Notes: a model not told the origin generated them from the sequence alone. Positions 47,164 to 59,623 are shown, counted from the whole stretch's first letter. The stretch is 63,723 bases of DNA, filler included, from Saprolegnia diclina VS20 (GCF_000281045.1; 6 parts of 3 records of this genome joined end to end with filler, not necessarily neighbours in it), one strand, 5' to 3'. Numbers and translations: made by a program.

Positions 47164-49191
47164 TCACTTGCGCGACGCGGGCTGGAGGCGCGGGTCCAGC
47201 CCTTGGACCTTCTTGGCGCGCTGCTTGGCGTCCGAGGCCTTTTCCCGCGCGACGAGCTCTCGCGATCGCTGGCGCGTGGCGTCGGCGACTGTCGCGAGTT
47301 TCTCGAGTTTGTGGAGCAACGTCTGGTTCAGCTGCACTTCGAGGGTCGTGTGGTCCGCGAGCAGCGCTTCCTCCTCCTTGGCGAGCATTTGCTGCTTGAG
47401 AATGGCTTGCTGCAGCTGATTTTTGGCCGCACGCTGTATGTCGACCTGGCGCTGCCGCTTCTCGTCCTTCTCCCGGTCCGCTCGCCACAAATCGGCCTGC
47501 TTGTCATAGTCCCTACATTCAACATGAGCCAAAGACTCGTTCTTTGCAATCGGACTCTTTCTCGAGGCGTTCGCGCTCCTTCTTGAGCTGCATCTGCTGC
47601 TTGAGGTACTGCTGCTGGTCGTGGTTGCGACGCATCGCGTCTTGGCGCTTCTTGTCGTCGAGCTCGGCCTGGCGCCGCTCATAGTCCTACGATGATACAT
47701 GATGCGTCCATCAAGCAGTATTGGTCTGCCTCTTGGTAGCGCAGAATCCGCATCTCGTCTTCCTTGTTGCGCATGTCGGTCTCGGCCTTGGACGTGTCGT
47801 CAAAGAACTTCATTTTGGCCTGGATCTTCTTGGAGAGCGCGTCAAGGTTTTGCTGGCGCTGCGCTTCTTTCGCCTCCTCCATCTTGACGTAGTCGTGGGC
47901 TAGCTTCACCTCGAGCTCACGGTCCGCGGCCATCGCATTCGCCTTCTTCCGCAACTGCGCCTCGTTCTCCTCGAGGACACGCGCCATCTTGAGCTTCTCG
48001 GCTTGCTTGCGCGCGGCGTCCTTGGCCTCCTACATGCATGTGCCATTCTTCACTGTGCATGGCGCATGAGTAGCAGCAGTACGTCGTCGGCCTTTTGCTT
48101 GGCGATGGCTTCGGCCATGCGCACTTCGGCCTCGCTGCGTAGGTTAAGCAAATGGCAAGATGTGTCGACGTACTGGCGCGCGGCTACTTCGGTCCGCTTC
48201 TTCTCGAGCTTGTACTGGCGCTGCTCCTCCTGGATTTTGTTTTGCTCTTTGGCGCGCGCGATACGGTCGAGCTCCTTGGCGCGCTCGGCGTCGTTCATGC
48301 GCTCGAGCTTGCGCATGGTCTCCTCAAAGTACTTTTGGTTATCTTGCGCTTCGGCCTGCTTGGCCATTTGCTTGGCGTCGACCTGGGACTGCAGGTCGTG
48401 GCTCCAGCTCGATCGCATCGCGACCTTCTTCTTCATCTACAAACGGTGTCGTGCAGACTGCGGCGTGGCGACGACGGACCTTGGACTCGGCGTCGTGGAC
48501 TTCTTCGAGGTTTTGGATCTGGACGAGCGCGTTCCAAATGTCATCTTGCTTGTGCTTCTTGGGCGACTTGCGCGGCGGCAAGACAAAGCCGATGCTCGCT
48601 TGCTGCAGCTGCGACTCGGTCACGTAGATCGAGTCGGCCGCGGGCAGTGGACGCGGTCTACGAAGCGCTTCATTGTTGCGACGACGACAAGCAGGAGATG
48701 TACTCGTCCTTGGAGCCATTGGATTTCCGCGTCTTTTTTTGGCTCTTGGGCTTCTCGAGTGGGGCCTCGACGGGTTCGGCTGGCCCTGGCGGTGTACTCG
48801 CCTTGGGGACCGACAGCGACGACGCGCCGCGCTTGCAAAGCGTCTGAACGAGGCGCTGCAGCTCTGCGTCCTATGCCGTCGCTCGGACCTCGCACGCAAA
48901 AGATCGCGCGCACCGTGAGGTTGCTCGATGCGCCTTGCTTCTGCAGCGTCTCGAGGATCTGCGACGCGAGCTCGGACGCGAGCGCCGGCGGCTTCTTGCA
49001 CTGCTTTTGGATGCGAACGCAAATCGACATGCGCAGCTTCTCCTTCATGTTGAGGTAGAGCGCGCGCTGCCGTATTCTCTCCTTGTCGAGCGTGCGCATG
49101 GACGCGCTACGTGCGTGGCGTTAGGACGACGCATCGGGTCGGCGTCCACGCACCGCGTGTCGGCGACGGACACGGTGCTGCTGCCGGTCAT
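47164..49191 (-). CDS. Multi-exon charged coiled-coil protein (trichohyalin-like, plausibly ciliary)
   Basis: A series of E/K/Q/R-rich ORF segments joined by short GT-AG introns; DDIWNALVQ motif precedes long heptads. Start and exon boundaries are approximate. Confidence 0.65.
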
Positions 49192-49539
49192 CGTGCTTCC
49201 GAGGGTTCCGGGCAAATGACCGTCGTTACCGTGCGTATAAATAGCCCGTGTGTTTCATCGACCGGCGGCTTCTTCAAGCACCCTCAATCTCCACTCCACT
49301 TTGCAGCTCAACTCCAAGGTGCAGCGACCCGTCCATGGCGAACAGCGTGCCAAAATGAGCGTGCAAACAAGCCAAGACGTAAGTACATGGAGCGGTGACA
49401 CTGCAAGCTGCATGGCCTGAGCTAATAGCGTCAGACTCGTACGCTGTTCTTGGCTGGCGCTCGGAGCTGTTGACGCTGGGTGGCCGATGGATCGGAGCGC
49501 CTGCGCTCTGATTGGCCGAGAGGTGGCTGGCATTTTTCC

Positions 49540-51300
49540 ATGCGCGTGCGGGTGGCGTTCGCGGACGAGGCTGGCGCGATGATGGCCGAGGCCTGGGGCT
49601 TCTCGCGCTGCGTCGTGCCTATCGACGACTCGTTGAAGCTCGTGGGCGACCTTTTGCACCACGTCTCGACGCGCTTCGGCCTCCAATCGACCACCGGCGG
49701 CCTCGAAGTGCTGCTCGACGGCTTCGTGCTCCTGCCGAGCGACAAGATTGCGCTTGTCTTGCGCGCGGATGACGTGCTCACGGTGCAATGGTCCACGCGT
49801 GCTGCCGCTGCCGCTGCTTCAATCACGCTCCAGACCATGCCGCGCTTGGTGGCGGCTGCACCAACAGAGCGCAAGAAGCATCCCAGCCGCGCGACGACCA
49901 CAAAACCCGTGGCACTCCAGCGAGCAAATGCCAGCTCCAGCTCCAGTGACAACGAGAGTAGCAGCGGCGAAGAGACAAGCGTAGTGGCCAACAAGTCACC
50001 GCCGAAGAAGCCAGCGCCCAAAGGAGCAGCGGGCCCGCCACCACCCACTCCAGCCAAGCGCGTTGTGCCACCCAAAACTACCCCAACAACTGCAACCAGC
50101 AAACGTAGCAGCGACAGCAGCAGCAGTAGTAGTAGCAGTGACAGTAGCAGCAGCAGTAGCAGCGAGTCCGAGCAGGAAGTCAAGACGAAGCCTCGACCGC
50201 TCGTGACGTTGAAGGAGAAGAAGCGACTCGCGAAGGCTGGGACGCCGTACCAACGCTCTGCTACGGCTACTACCCCCGTCGTCAGTGCTGCTTCGTCGCC
50301 AAAGAAGCGGCCGGCGGCCGTTGCGTTTCCCGAGGCACAGGATGCGACGTCTGCTGCCAAGGCGCGATGGGGTTCAACAAGCGCACCAGGTCATAACCAC
50401 GTCCGCTTCGATGCGAAAGCGAACGCGTCTTTCGACAAACCAGTGCCAGATGCAAAACTTTCGCGCGCTTTGGACCACCGCCCGCGGGGCGGGGACTTGG
50501 CCAAGTACGGCCCGTCAGCCGCTCCCCTGCCCAGCGCAATGCCGGCGCCACGGCTGCAGCAGCGCCAAGCACCCGTGCATCGGACTCCGCAGCCCGCCAC
50601 TGCGACATCAAAGAAAGAGCTGTGGAAGCGTCCGTACCAGGTCATCGCCTCGCTTGAAACAGCGTCGATGCGTGCAACGGCAACTCCCGAGGTGTGCTTA
50701 TGTCGGTAGGTCATACACTCATTCACCGTGTGCATAGGACGCATTCACGACGTACCCCGAAGCTCAGATCAAATGGGTTCAAGCGGGCGATGTTGTTGCC
50801 TTCAAGACGCTGCGTCTCTGCGAGACGACCATGACGCCAGTCCTGAGCGCCTATCAAGTGGGCCGCTGCGTCGCCGCAGAGACCGATGCGCTCGTCTTGC
50901 AGCCGTGCGTCAAGACAGCGTACGTTTCCTCGTATTTCTGGGCAGCAATCAACGATGCTACTTGTGTAGTCAAGGCACCTACGAAGACGACGAGGCGAAG
51001 GAGCCATGCACGTTCGAGACGATGGAGGTCCAGGATCTGCGGGCGCTTGCGGGTGCAGCGCACGTACTCGGTCAGCTCCAATGCCGCGTAGTTGATCCCA
51101 GCACGTCGGCTGCAGCAGAGGAACACGGCAGCAATGATGAAGACCAGCAGCAGGTCGACGACGTGGGGGCGACGAGGAATGAAAGCGATGAGAACGACGA
51201 GATGGCGACCGCCAAGGAGAACCTCTTGGAGATGCTTCGCGCCCGGAAGGAGCAGCTTCTTCGCGAGCAGCTCGAAGGCAACACGGGTGCGGCACCGTAA
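49540..51300 (+). CDS. Coilin-like protein
   Basis: N-terminal domain MRVRVAF..VGDLLHHVSTRFGL..LLDGFVLLPSDKIALVLRADDVLTV; Ser/acidic and Lys-rich middle; PGHNHVRF; Tudor-like C-terminus GDVVAFKTLRL..TPVLSAYQVG. Confidence 0.75.
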
Positions 51301-51333
51301 TACGCAGCACAATAATATCGTCCTTTGGATACC

Positions 51334-51361
51334 GTATATATGAACGTGTTTCGCGTTATCT
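51334..51361. repeat. Dispersed 28-bp exact repeat, copy 1
   Basis: gtatatatgaacgtgtttcgcgttatct, identical to 59596-59623; weaker similarity continues for about 70 nt downstream. Confidence 0.85.
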
Positions 51362-51736
51362 CCGTTGGTGCAAGGACCTCGCTACTAGAAACCTCCTTCT
51401 CCCTTTGCTCGCGGGGCCGTGGCTTGCTCTGCTGAAGTCGCTCGGGGGCACTGCGACAAGGAAGTTCAACGAGTGCCCGATCGTGTACTCGTAAATTAGG
51501 ACAAATTCCCTTGGTTCGCGCGAGATGACAACAGACAAAAGGGCCCAAAGCGGTTGTATCCGGAGGCGCTCTATCATTGGCCCTATTCATAGGTATCGGC
51601 CAATCATTTTCGTTTAACGGAGGCGTTCCGGATAGACAGTGCGTATAATTCGGGAATATATTGCATAACTCCACTATATAGCGTATATTACCATTGGTTT
51701 TAGCCAATCACCAACAAGTTGGAAATCTTGGTCACG

Positions 51737-54147
51737 ATGCTGGTGGCGCGAGCATCACTGCGGCGACGTGGCTTCCATGCCCCGCGGTCGCTCGTCGACG
51801 GCGGCGATCGCATCCTGCGCGAGGTAGACGCCATCTCGCATGTCATCTGCCCACTGAAGATGCCACGACAGGGCGACCCGATGACCAAGGTCCGCTGGAG
51901 CCTCGCGACGCAGCAGTTGTGGCAGGAAGGAAATCTTCCGCTGTACGTGAACCCTCGGTTTTGCTTCACTTTGAACAACGCTTGCCATCGTAGGTGCCAC
52001 GAGGAGACGTGGTGTGGGAATCCGCCCGACTATCCCGCGCGAGGTCCGCTCCCGCGGCTCTACGACCCCAAGGACATGCCGAGCGACAAGTCGACTCCGA
52101 TTCCGATCGGAATTCTGCACGGCCTGGCGCATATTGAGCTCGGCGCCATTGGTATAGTTTAAATCTTGTGATAGTTATGTTATGGACCGCTGCGTAGACA
52201 ACTACTGGGACACGGTCGTGCGCTTTGCGCCGGAGCCCGCCGACGACGTGTACCACCTGCCCCGCGCCTTCTACGACGACTTTGCCAACGTAGCTTGTGA
52301 CGAGGCCCGTCATTTTGAGCTCGTGGAGAGCCGTTTGCGCGAGCTGGATTCGTTTTATGGCCAGCTGCCCGCGCACCGAGCACTCCTCGAACACGCGGCC
52401 AACACACGCAGCACGCTTGCCGCACGACTGGCTGTGATCCCGCTTGTGCAAGAGGCTCGCGGCCTCGACGCTGGCCCTCGGCTGGTGCACAAGCTGAAGT
52501 CTCTTGGTGACCCGGTGTCTGCAGACGTTGTTGCACAGATTGTGTTTGAGGAACGTGGCCATGTGGCCCGGGGCATCGAGTGGTTCACGTACCTCTGCGG
52601 TCAGATCCAGAGAGATCCCGTTCCGTACTTTCACGAGCTCGTGCGCGAGTTCTTCCCCGACGGTCTCCCGGGGCCGTTCAACCTCGAAGCGCGTTTGGCG
52701 TCACACATGCCGCCGAAATGGTACCAGCCACTCGAGATGGCGCCCAAGCCCAAAAAGGCGGCAGCCCCCGTGACATCGCCACGTCACGTAAACCGTCCGA
52801 CCAATGGCAAGACTCTCGTTGTCGCGGGTTGCGTCTGGCCCGAGCGCACGTCGTCGGCTGCGGGCGTGCGTACGACCGACATGATCGAGATGGCGCGCGA
52901 CGAAGGCTATGACGTCATTTGCATCTCGCCGTGCCGGCCAAACGAACACACGGCGCGCTGGGAGGCAGACGGTGTTGCCTGTGTCCAGCTCGACCCCAAC
53001 ACGGGCGACGTCGAGACGTTCCTCAAAGCGACCCGCGTCGATACAGTGGTTTTCGATCGGTTTATCGCTGAAGAAATGTACGGCTGGCACGTCGCGACGC
53101 ATGTACCGAGTGCCAAACGCATCCTAGACCTCCAAGACGTGCATTTTCTCCGAAAAGCGCGCGAGCATCTCGTGCTCAAAGCCAAGGTACCTCTACCAAA
53201 CGAAAGTGGGCTCACGGAAGAGAGCAGGTGGACTTTGAAGCGACGCTCGGTCTCGACATTGACGTCGAGCCGGTGCTGCCAAGCGTACTGCGGGAGCTCG
53301 CGAGTATCTATCGGTCCGACACGACGTTGTACGTCTCCGAGTTCGAGAAAGCGCTGCTTGTCGAGCGCTTTGGCGTACATTCGGCATCGCTGGAAGCCCT
53401 GGACTACATGCTGCCGCTCGCTGCGCCATCGATGCCGGTACAGTCGTGCTGTCGACAAAATAGGTGTCATGGTCTTTGCGATAGACGCCGTTCGAAGAGA
53501 GGGAGCACGTGGCTGTTGTTGGGAGCTTCAAGCACCCGCCCAACGTCGACGGCCTCAAGTGGCTCACGAATCACATCTGGCCTCGGACGCGGGAACTCAT
53601 TGGGAAGGATGTGGAGCTCCACATCTATGGCTCGTACGCGAGCGCGAAGGACATGAAGCACTTTGAGCAGCCGCGCGAAAACGTGCGCATGATGGGTTTT
53701 TGCAAAGACGTGCACGCGACGCTGGGCCAGTACCGCGTGAGTCTCGCGCCACTGCGGTTCGGTGCCGGCATCAAGGGCAAGGTCATCGACTCGTGGATTG
53801 CGGGTACGCCCGTGGTATCGACCAGCGTCGGCGCCGAGGGCTTGCACTTTGACGCAACGGGCGTGTGGGGTGGCCGCGTCGCGAACGCACCAGACGCCTT
53901 TGCGCTCGCGACGCAGCAATTGTACGACGAACCTGGCGCGTGGAAAGCGTGCCAAGACGCTGGTCACGGAATCTGCCAAACCCACTACGATCGGCGCAAG
54001 CAGCAACACGCTTGGACAGGCGTGCTGCAGACGCCACCGCGGGAAAACTGGCTCGGCCGCGTCCTCTCGTCAAGCCAATTCCGGGCGACCGAGTACATGT
54101 CGCGCTTCATCCGAGCCAAGAACGAGGCTGCCGCATCTTCGAGCTAG
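51737..54147 (+). CDS. Fusion: DUF455 ferritin-like diiron domain + GT-B (GT4-like) glycosyltransferase
   Basis: LHGLAHIELGAI|DNYWD, DEARHF, QEARGLDAGP, EERGHV..G..WF, then in the same uninterrupted frame VWPERTSSAAG, VFDRFIAEE.YGW, ILDLQDVHFLR; later exons GSFKHPPNVDG, LAPLRFGAGIKGKVIDSW..GTPVVST. Confidence 0.85.
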
Positions 54148-54262
54148 TTTACCTCTGTCATTGCCAAGCTAGTAACCAGCTCCAGCACATGAATGCAAAT
54201 CCCATGCACTTAAAGCGCCTTTTATTCAAGAAATTGGTATTCTAGTAAACGCTGTTGTATGC

Positions 54263-57200
54263 TCAGAGCTTGGCGAGGCCCGGGATCTCGGCGAGGAGGT
54301 CTGCAATGTCCATCGACTTGGGACCGCCCAGCGGCACCTTGCGGAAGGTCGCGAGGCGCCGCGCCAGCACGTCGAGTTCCTTGCCCTAGTCGCGATCAGT
54401 ACCACGCATCGTGTCATATGAATGTACGTCGTGGTAGCGCGCCGTGAGGAGAACGAGGGTCCGCGGCGTGGCCCCGCGAGTCTTGGCGGGCTCTTGGACC
54501 ATGTGCACGACGCTCCAGCGCTCGAGGATCGCGAGTGCGTTCTGGAGCGTCTCGAGCGAGCACGCCTCATAGTGCGCAATGATGCGTTCGTGGTACATCT
54601 AATGTACGTCACCCTCGGAAAACGACGCATCACGCGATACCGTCTCGGCGAGCCACTGCATGCGGCGTACGAGGTCGCTCGGCGACATACCGTCGCCCGA
54701 CTTGAGCACGAGCAAACTCGCGACCGCGACCCAGTAGCTAGTATGTGCGGATGACGACTCGTTATCAATCGACGGCGCACCTGTCGATGAAGGGCCAAAT
54801 CGCCGCACACAAGAGCGTTTGAATCGACTGGCTCGTCGGCGTCGGCGTCATCGTGTGGACCCTACAGCGCGATTGAGCCGAAAACAACATTATATGTCTA
54901 ACGTACGTCGACGCAAAGATACCGCGCTCTTCCATGCCAGCGAGTGTCTTTTCGAGGGTAGCTCGGCCGTCCGCGTAGTACTTGGAGACAAACTCGATCG
55001 AGAGCATTTCATGCAAGAAGACGGCGCTGTCGAGCAGTTCTTTGGTGGGCACGCCCTGCGCATTGTGCAGCGGTTGTGTTGGGCGCGCAGGTAAACATAC
55101 CTCGCTGCTGCCGTTGGCGGCGAGCGCTTGGTAGGCGCAGGCCAAAACGCCTTCTTCGTTGAACCAGTGAAGTACCTTGTTGCGGTAGTAGCCGAGCCCA
55201 ATCATGTTTTGGTACTGGTCGCGCTACACAGAGACATCAAGAACGCGTCGATCGTCCATCGACCGTACGTTGGTGATGGCAGGCTCGACGAGGTCCTTCC
55301 GGCGCCAAACGACAAACTCTTCCAGCAGCGCCAGCGCCCTACGCCCAATAGAATTAGAGTCGTCACCAAAGCAAAACGACGCACCGCTCGACAATGGCGA
55401 CGCGGCTGCGACCTTGGCAGCTCAGCACTCTGCCGCCACGCTGCACGACCTGCGACCGAAGCCAATCGGTTTGGGCCACGAGCTGCTCCCTACGCATCCC
55501 ATGTTTTAGAGTCGAGTGCGAACGACCTGTGCACTGACTTGGAGATGCCGTTGCGGAAGAGGAGGAGGATCGTTGCGACGAGGTGCGTCGGCGTGCACGT
55601 GGCTTTTTGCACGAGCGACTCGGTCACTGCGTACGCGAGGTCCGTCACGAGCGAGATCGGTTCGTTCGTCACCGGGTCACGGACGTCGGCTTTGGCGTGG
55701 GCGGCCACAAACTCCTTGACGTGGATCGCGGGCGCAAACTGCACCGAGATCGACCCAAAGTCCTTGCGCAAGACATGCGCCGACTTGAGGAGCGCGCCGA
55801 GCGACTACGACATCGGATTGCAAAATGAGGGCGTACGAGCAAAAAGTACCTCCTTGATCTTGCCTTCACCGAGCATCTCCTTCTGGTGCACGCCAAGCTC
55901 CACGGGCTTGTCATAGTCGATGGTGACAGGCACGATATGAATCTACAGCAACAGACCTCAGCCCATGGACTCAGATGAGGAACGAGCGACGAACGTTCTT
56001 GACGCGGCCCGATTCAAAGCTCTTGACGATCGTCGAGAGCATGCCAAACTGAGGGCGCAGTTGCTTGCCGCTGCGGCTGCGCGTGCCCTCGAGGAAGAAC
56101 TCGACCGTGTGGCCCTTCCCGAGCAAGTACTAGACAAGCATAAGTGTCGATATTTCTTGTCGAGAGCTACCTGCGTGTACTCGGTAAAGATGGCCGAGTA
56201 CAATGGGTCGTTCTTGAAGGACCGGCGGATAAAGAACGCGCCACCCTTGCGCAGCAGGTCCGAGATCGCACTACGCACAGCGCGTCAAGGACGGCGAGAC
56301 ACGCGTACGTGCATACCCCATATTGAGAAAGTCTTCGCCCGCGAGCACAAACGGGATCGGGATGTTGTACGCAAAGAAGAGGTACGTCATCATGAGAAAG
56401 TCCATGTACGAGCGGTGCGTCGGGATGAGTACGAGCGGACCTTCGCGGACCTTGACGAGGTTGCGGATCGCCTCAAGGCCGGCTTCGTCCACCACGATCT
56501 TGTCGTACATGTGACGCCACACCTGCGACGCCATCATTGGGCGATCTGTCTATATGGAAATGGAGAGAGAAACCTTGCGGAGGAGCCAGCCCGCCTTGCG
56601 CGCGGCCGAGTAGTCAATGTTGGACGCCATGCGGTTCAGAATCGAGAGCGCCTCGGCCTCGATCTCGTGCCGAGAAAGCTTCGGGTTGGCTGCCGCCTTG
56701 GCCGCGACGGCCTCGCGCACCGAAGACGACTCGAGGATCACATTGCGGATGGACGCGATCGAGTCGGCGGGTACGCGCGGTACGTGGCTCGCCTCGTGAT
56801 GCATGCCCTCGCGCCAGCCTGCACTCACATGAGAGAGTCGAGGCAACGTTCCAGACAAGTGTACCAGTGAGACCCATGAAGCGGCCCCAGATGCCGGCCT
56901 TGGTGTAGCCGGGCTTGCGGCTAGACGTGAACGCCCACGAGACGTCGGGCAAAAGACCCGGAAACGAGATCGCGTGGTGGTCCGGGTCCCACTCGAGAAT
57001 GCGGTCCGTGTTGAGCGCCATCTAGAAAAAGTTAGATTACGTGTTGGGTTGTAGAGCTCACCTCCGTGTGCTGCGTGCCCTCAATGTCGACGTCGACAAT
57101 GTCTTCGTGGAGAATCCACTTCTTAAGGCCCACGGCGTAGTTGAGCAGGTACCGCTCCCAGACAATTTCGCCTGCGTTCACAAACCTAATCTCACGTTGC

Positions 57201-58733
57201 AGCCAATAGAGCGTAAAAGCATGCAATACCAAGCATCGCTCGCAATCTCCGGCATGGAAGCAAAGCGCAGGAGGTTGTCGGATGAAAAAACCCACTGGTT
57301 CTCAGTGAAAGGCTTGAAGAGCTCGACAAGCTGTCGCGCCCGCCACGTGAGCGTCCAGAGCCGCGACGCCTGCTTCATGTGGTGCGGGTTGCCCGAGGCA
57401 TTGGCGGCCGTCGAGTACACGGAGGATGGCAGCGTGTACTTGAAGAACCAGTGCAGCTGGAACAATTGGTGGCTCGAATGCATCGAGAATTTATACGGGG
57501 CAAGCGCTTTCTCCGGCGGGTTTTGCTGGAAGTATGCGCTCAGAGTACCAATAGGGACGCGCCAGCGCAGCGGGTTTCCCCGCGGGTCCGACGTGCCCGA
57601 GTGCACAACGAGCGGCGGTGCACTTGCGGGCTGTTTCGAGCGCGCAAAGCCGCTGACGAGGATACCGTTGACGACAAAGTCGACCTGGTGATACAAAGTC
57701 GTGAGCTTGTGGTAGTCGTTTTGTACATCGCTCGTACCGGGACGATGTCGGCAACGCTACGCGGGTTACCCGGGAGGATCGTAAGGATGCCCATGCCTGC
57801 GGCCAAGAAGATGGCGCCAGCAGCGGCAATTTGGTCGACCTAGAGGGAGGGCGTCAACACAAAAAAGTATTGTCGTCGCAGGGCGTACCCAGCCCGGCAC
57901 GGGCTCCTTCCATGCTGCGCCGACAATCGTGGGACGAAAGATGACGACGGGGAGGTGCGCACGGTGCTTCATGATCATGTGCTCGGCCATCGACTTGGTG
58001 AGCGTGTACGTGTTGGGGTACGTTCCGATCAAGTTGAGGTGCAACTTTTCAATCTCGGTTGGCGACGCCGCCTACGCGAGACTGCAGTTGCCAGCGATGT
58101 CATGTTGCGTACGCTCGTGACGGCCGCAATCGCAGCTTCCGGGTCGAAATCCAGCGGGTAGAGCTAAGCACATTATGAACCTAGAAACAAGGAGCGAAAA
58201 CAGCACCTTCTCCTCGAGCGTGCAGTTGCGCTGGTTGCTGTTGACGTACGCAGTCGACACGTGAACGTACGACACGACGTTCTTCATGCGCTTGCCAAAG
58301 TTGAGCATGTACATGGCGCCGAGGCAGTTCATCTAGTGCAAAGATAACGTCACAGCTGAGATCCGCCAAAGTACCTCGACGGCCACGTCGAGCGGCTCGT
58401 TGAAGCTGACGCTGGCAGCCGAGTGCACGACGACGTTGACCTTCTCGATCAAGAGCGCCGCGTCTTCTGGCGACATGCCCAAACTAGCCGAGTTGATGTC
58501 GCCGGCAATGCCATGCAGCTTGGAGCGCACGAAGGTGTCAAAGTCGCTGCGCTCCGCGCGGAGGCGGTTGAAAATGGCGCTAGAAACACGCGTCAGAGCT
58601 GCGACATCGTTAACGACAGCATGTACCTGCTAATGACGTCCGACTCGAGACGGTCGGCGGCGGATCGGCCTTTCTTCGGGCGCACGAGCACGTAGATCTT
58701 GTCAATGTTGGGCGTACAGCGCAGGAGCTTTTC
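54263..58733 (-). CDS. Bifunctional fatty acyl-CoA reductase / DHAP(GPAT)-type acyltransferase (FARAT), peroxisomal; 5' end in gap
   Basis: FAR part: IYVLVRPKKG, VVHSAASVSF, HVSTAYVN, YPNTYTLTKSMAE, RPTIVG..EPVPGW. Acyltransferase part: PTHRSYMDF, GAFFIRRSF, FFLEGTRSRSGK, VPVTIDYDK. The C-terminus reads ...EIPGLAKL* (PTS1). Confidence 0.9.
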
Positions 58734-59595
58734 NNNNNNNNNNNNNNNNNNNNNNNNNNNNNNNNNNNNNNNNNNNNTTAATTAATTAANNNNNNNNNNN
58801 NNNNNNNNNNNNNNNNNNNNNNNNNNNNNNNNNAAAATGGAGTTCCGCGTGATAGCGCCGCGTTCAGCGCCGGAAACGACAAGAACATCATTGAACGACT
58901 TTGTGGCGAGGTAGACACCGTTGCTATGCAGAGGGGTGGCTCAGCACCGATTTTTTGTCTTTTGGGTCCAAAACGGGTCAAATTCGACAAAAATGCCATA
59001 ATAAAATTGATAACATGACGAATATTGCGAATTTTGGAGAGAAAAAAATTCGCCATCTAGAAAAGAATGTAAGGCGTGGATAAAAAATGGTTTGGTGGCG
59101 TCAAGGCGCATGACGATGTGTTAGGTGGCCGCCCACTGCGATTCCAGTGGTTTTAGGACCAACGAATTGTTTTAAAATATGCAACCATCATTCCTTAGCA
59201 TTCACTCTCAATTGTGAGTAACACTCGACTGAGCGATCGAAAACCCGGGGTACATCCGGATAGTGTCTGGATAATGGAGATATTCCGGTGTATATACACC
59301 GGGATTGGAGCGAGCCATGATGTGGTGATCGCCCAGGCGGACCAAAGCGCATTGACCATAGTGCCAGAGAGGCACCATGGAGAGGTAGAGAGGTATTTGA
59401 GCTGGTAGTCGGGAGCCCTACATGGACGATGCCAAGATAAGGTACTAACAAGTAGCCCTGCGGCGCGTCGCAGTCCTCATGCGATCAACAAGGGCTACGA
59501 CGTGACGACGCCAGAAGCCCTGCGAGTCCCCTACTCGAACAAGCGATTTGCGTCCTCGATGAATGTCGAGAGCACGTTCTCGACATCGTCGTTGT

Positions 59596-59623
59596 GTATA
59601 TATGAACGTGTTTCGCGTTATCT
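59596..59623. repeat. Dispersed 28-bp exact repeat, copy 2
   Basis: Identical to 51334-51361. Confidence 0.85.

Noticed and set aside
51362..51540. Possible snRNA, SRP, RNase P/MRP or telomerase RNA next to coilin
   Set aside because: No convincing conserved boxes or template found by eye; kept only as a dispersed repeat.
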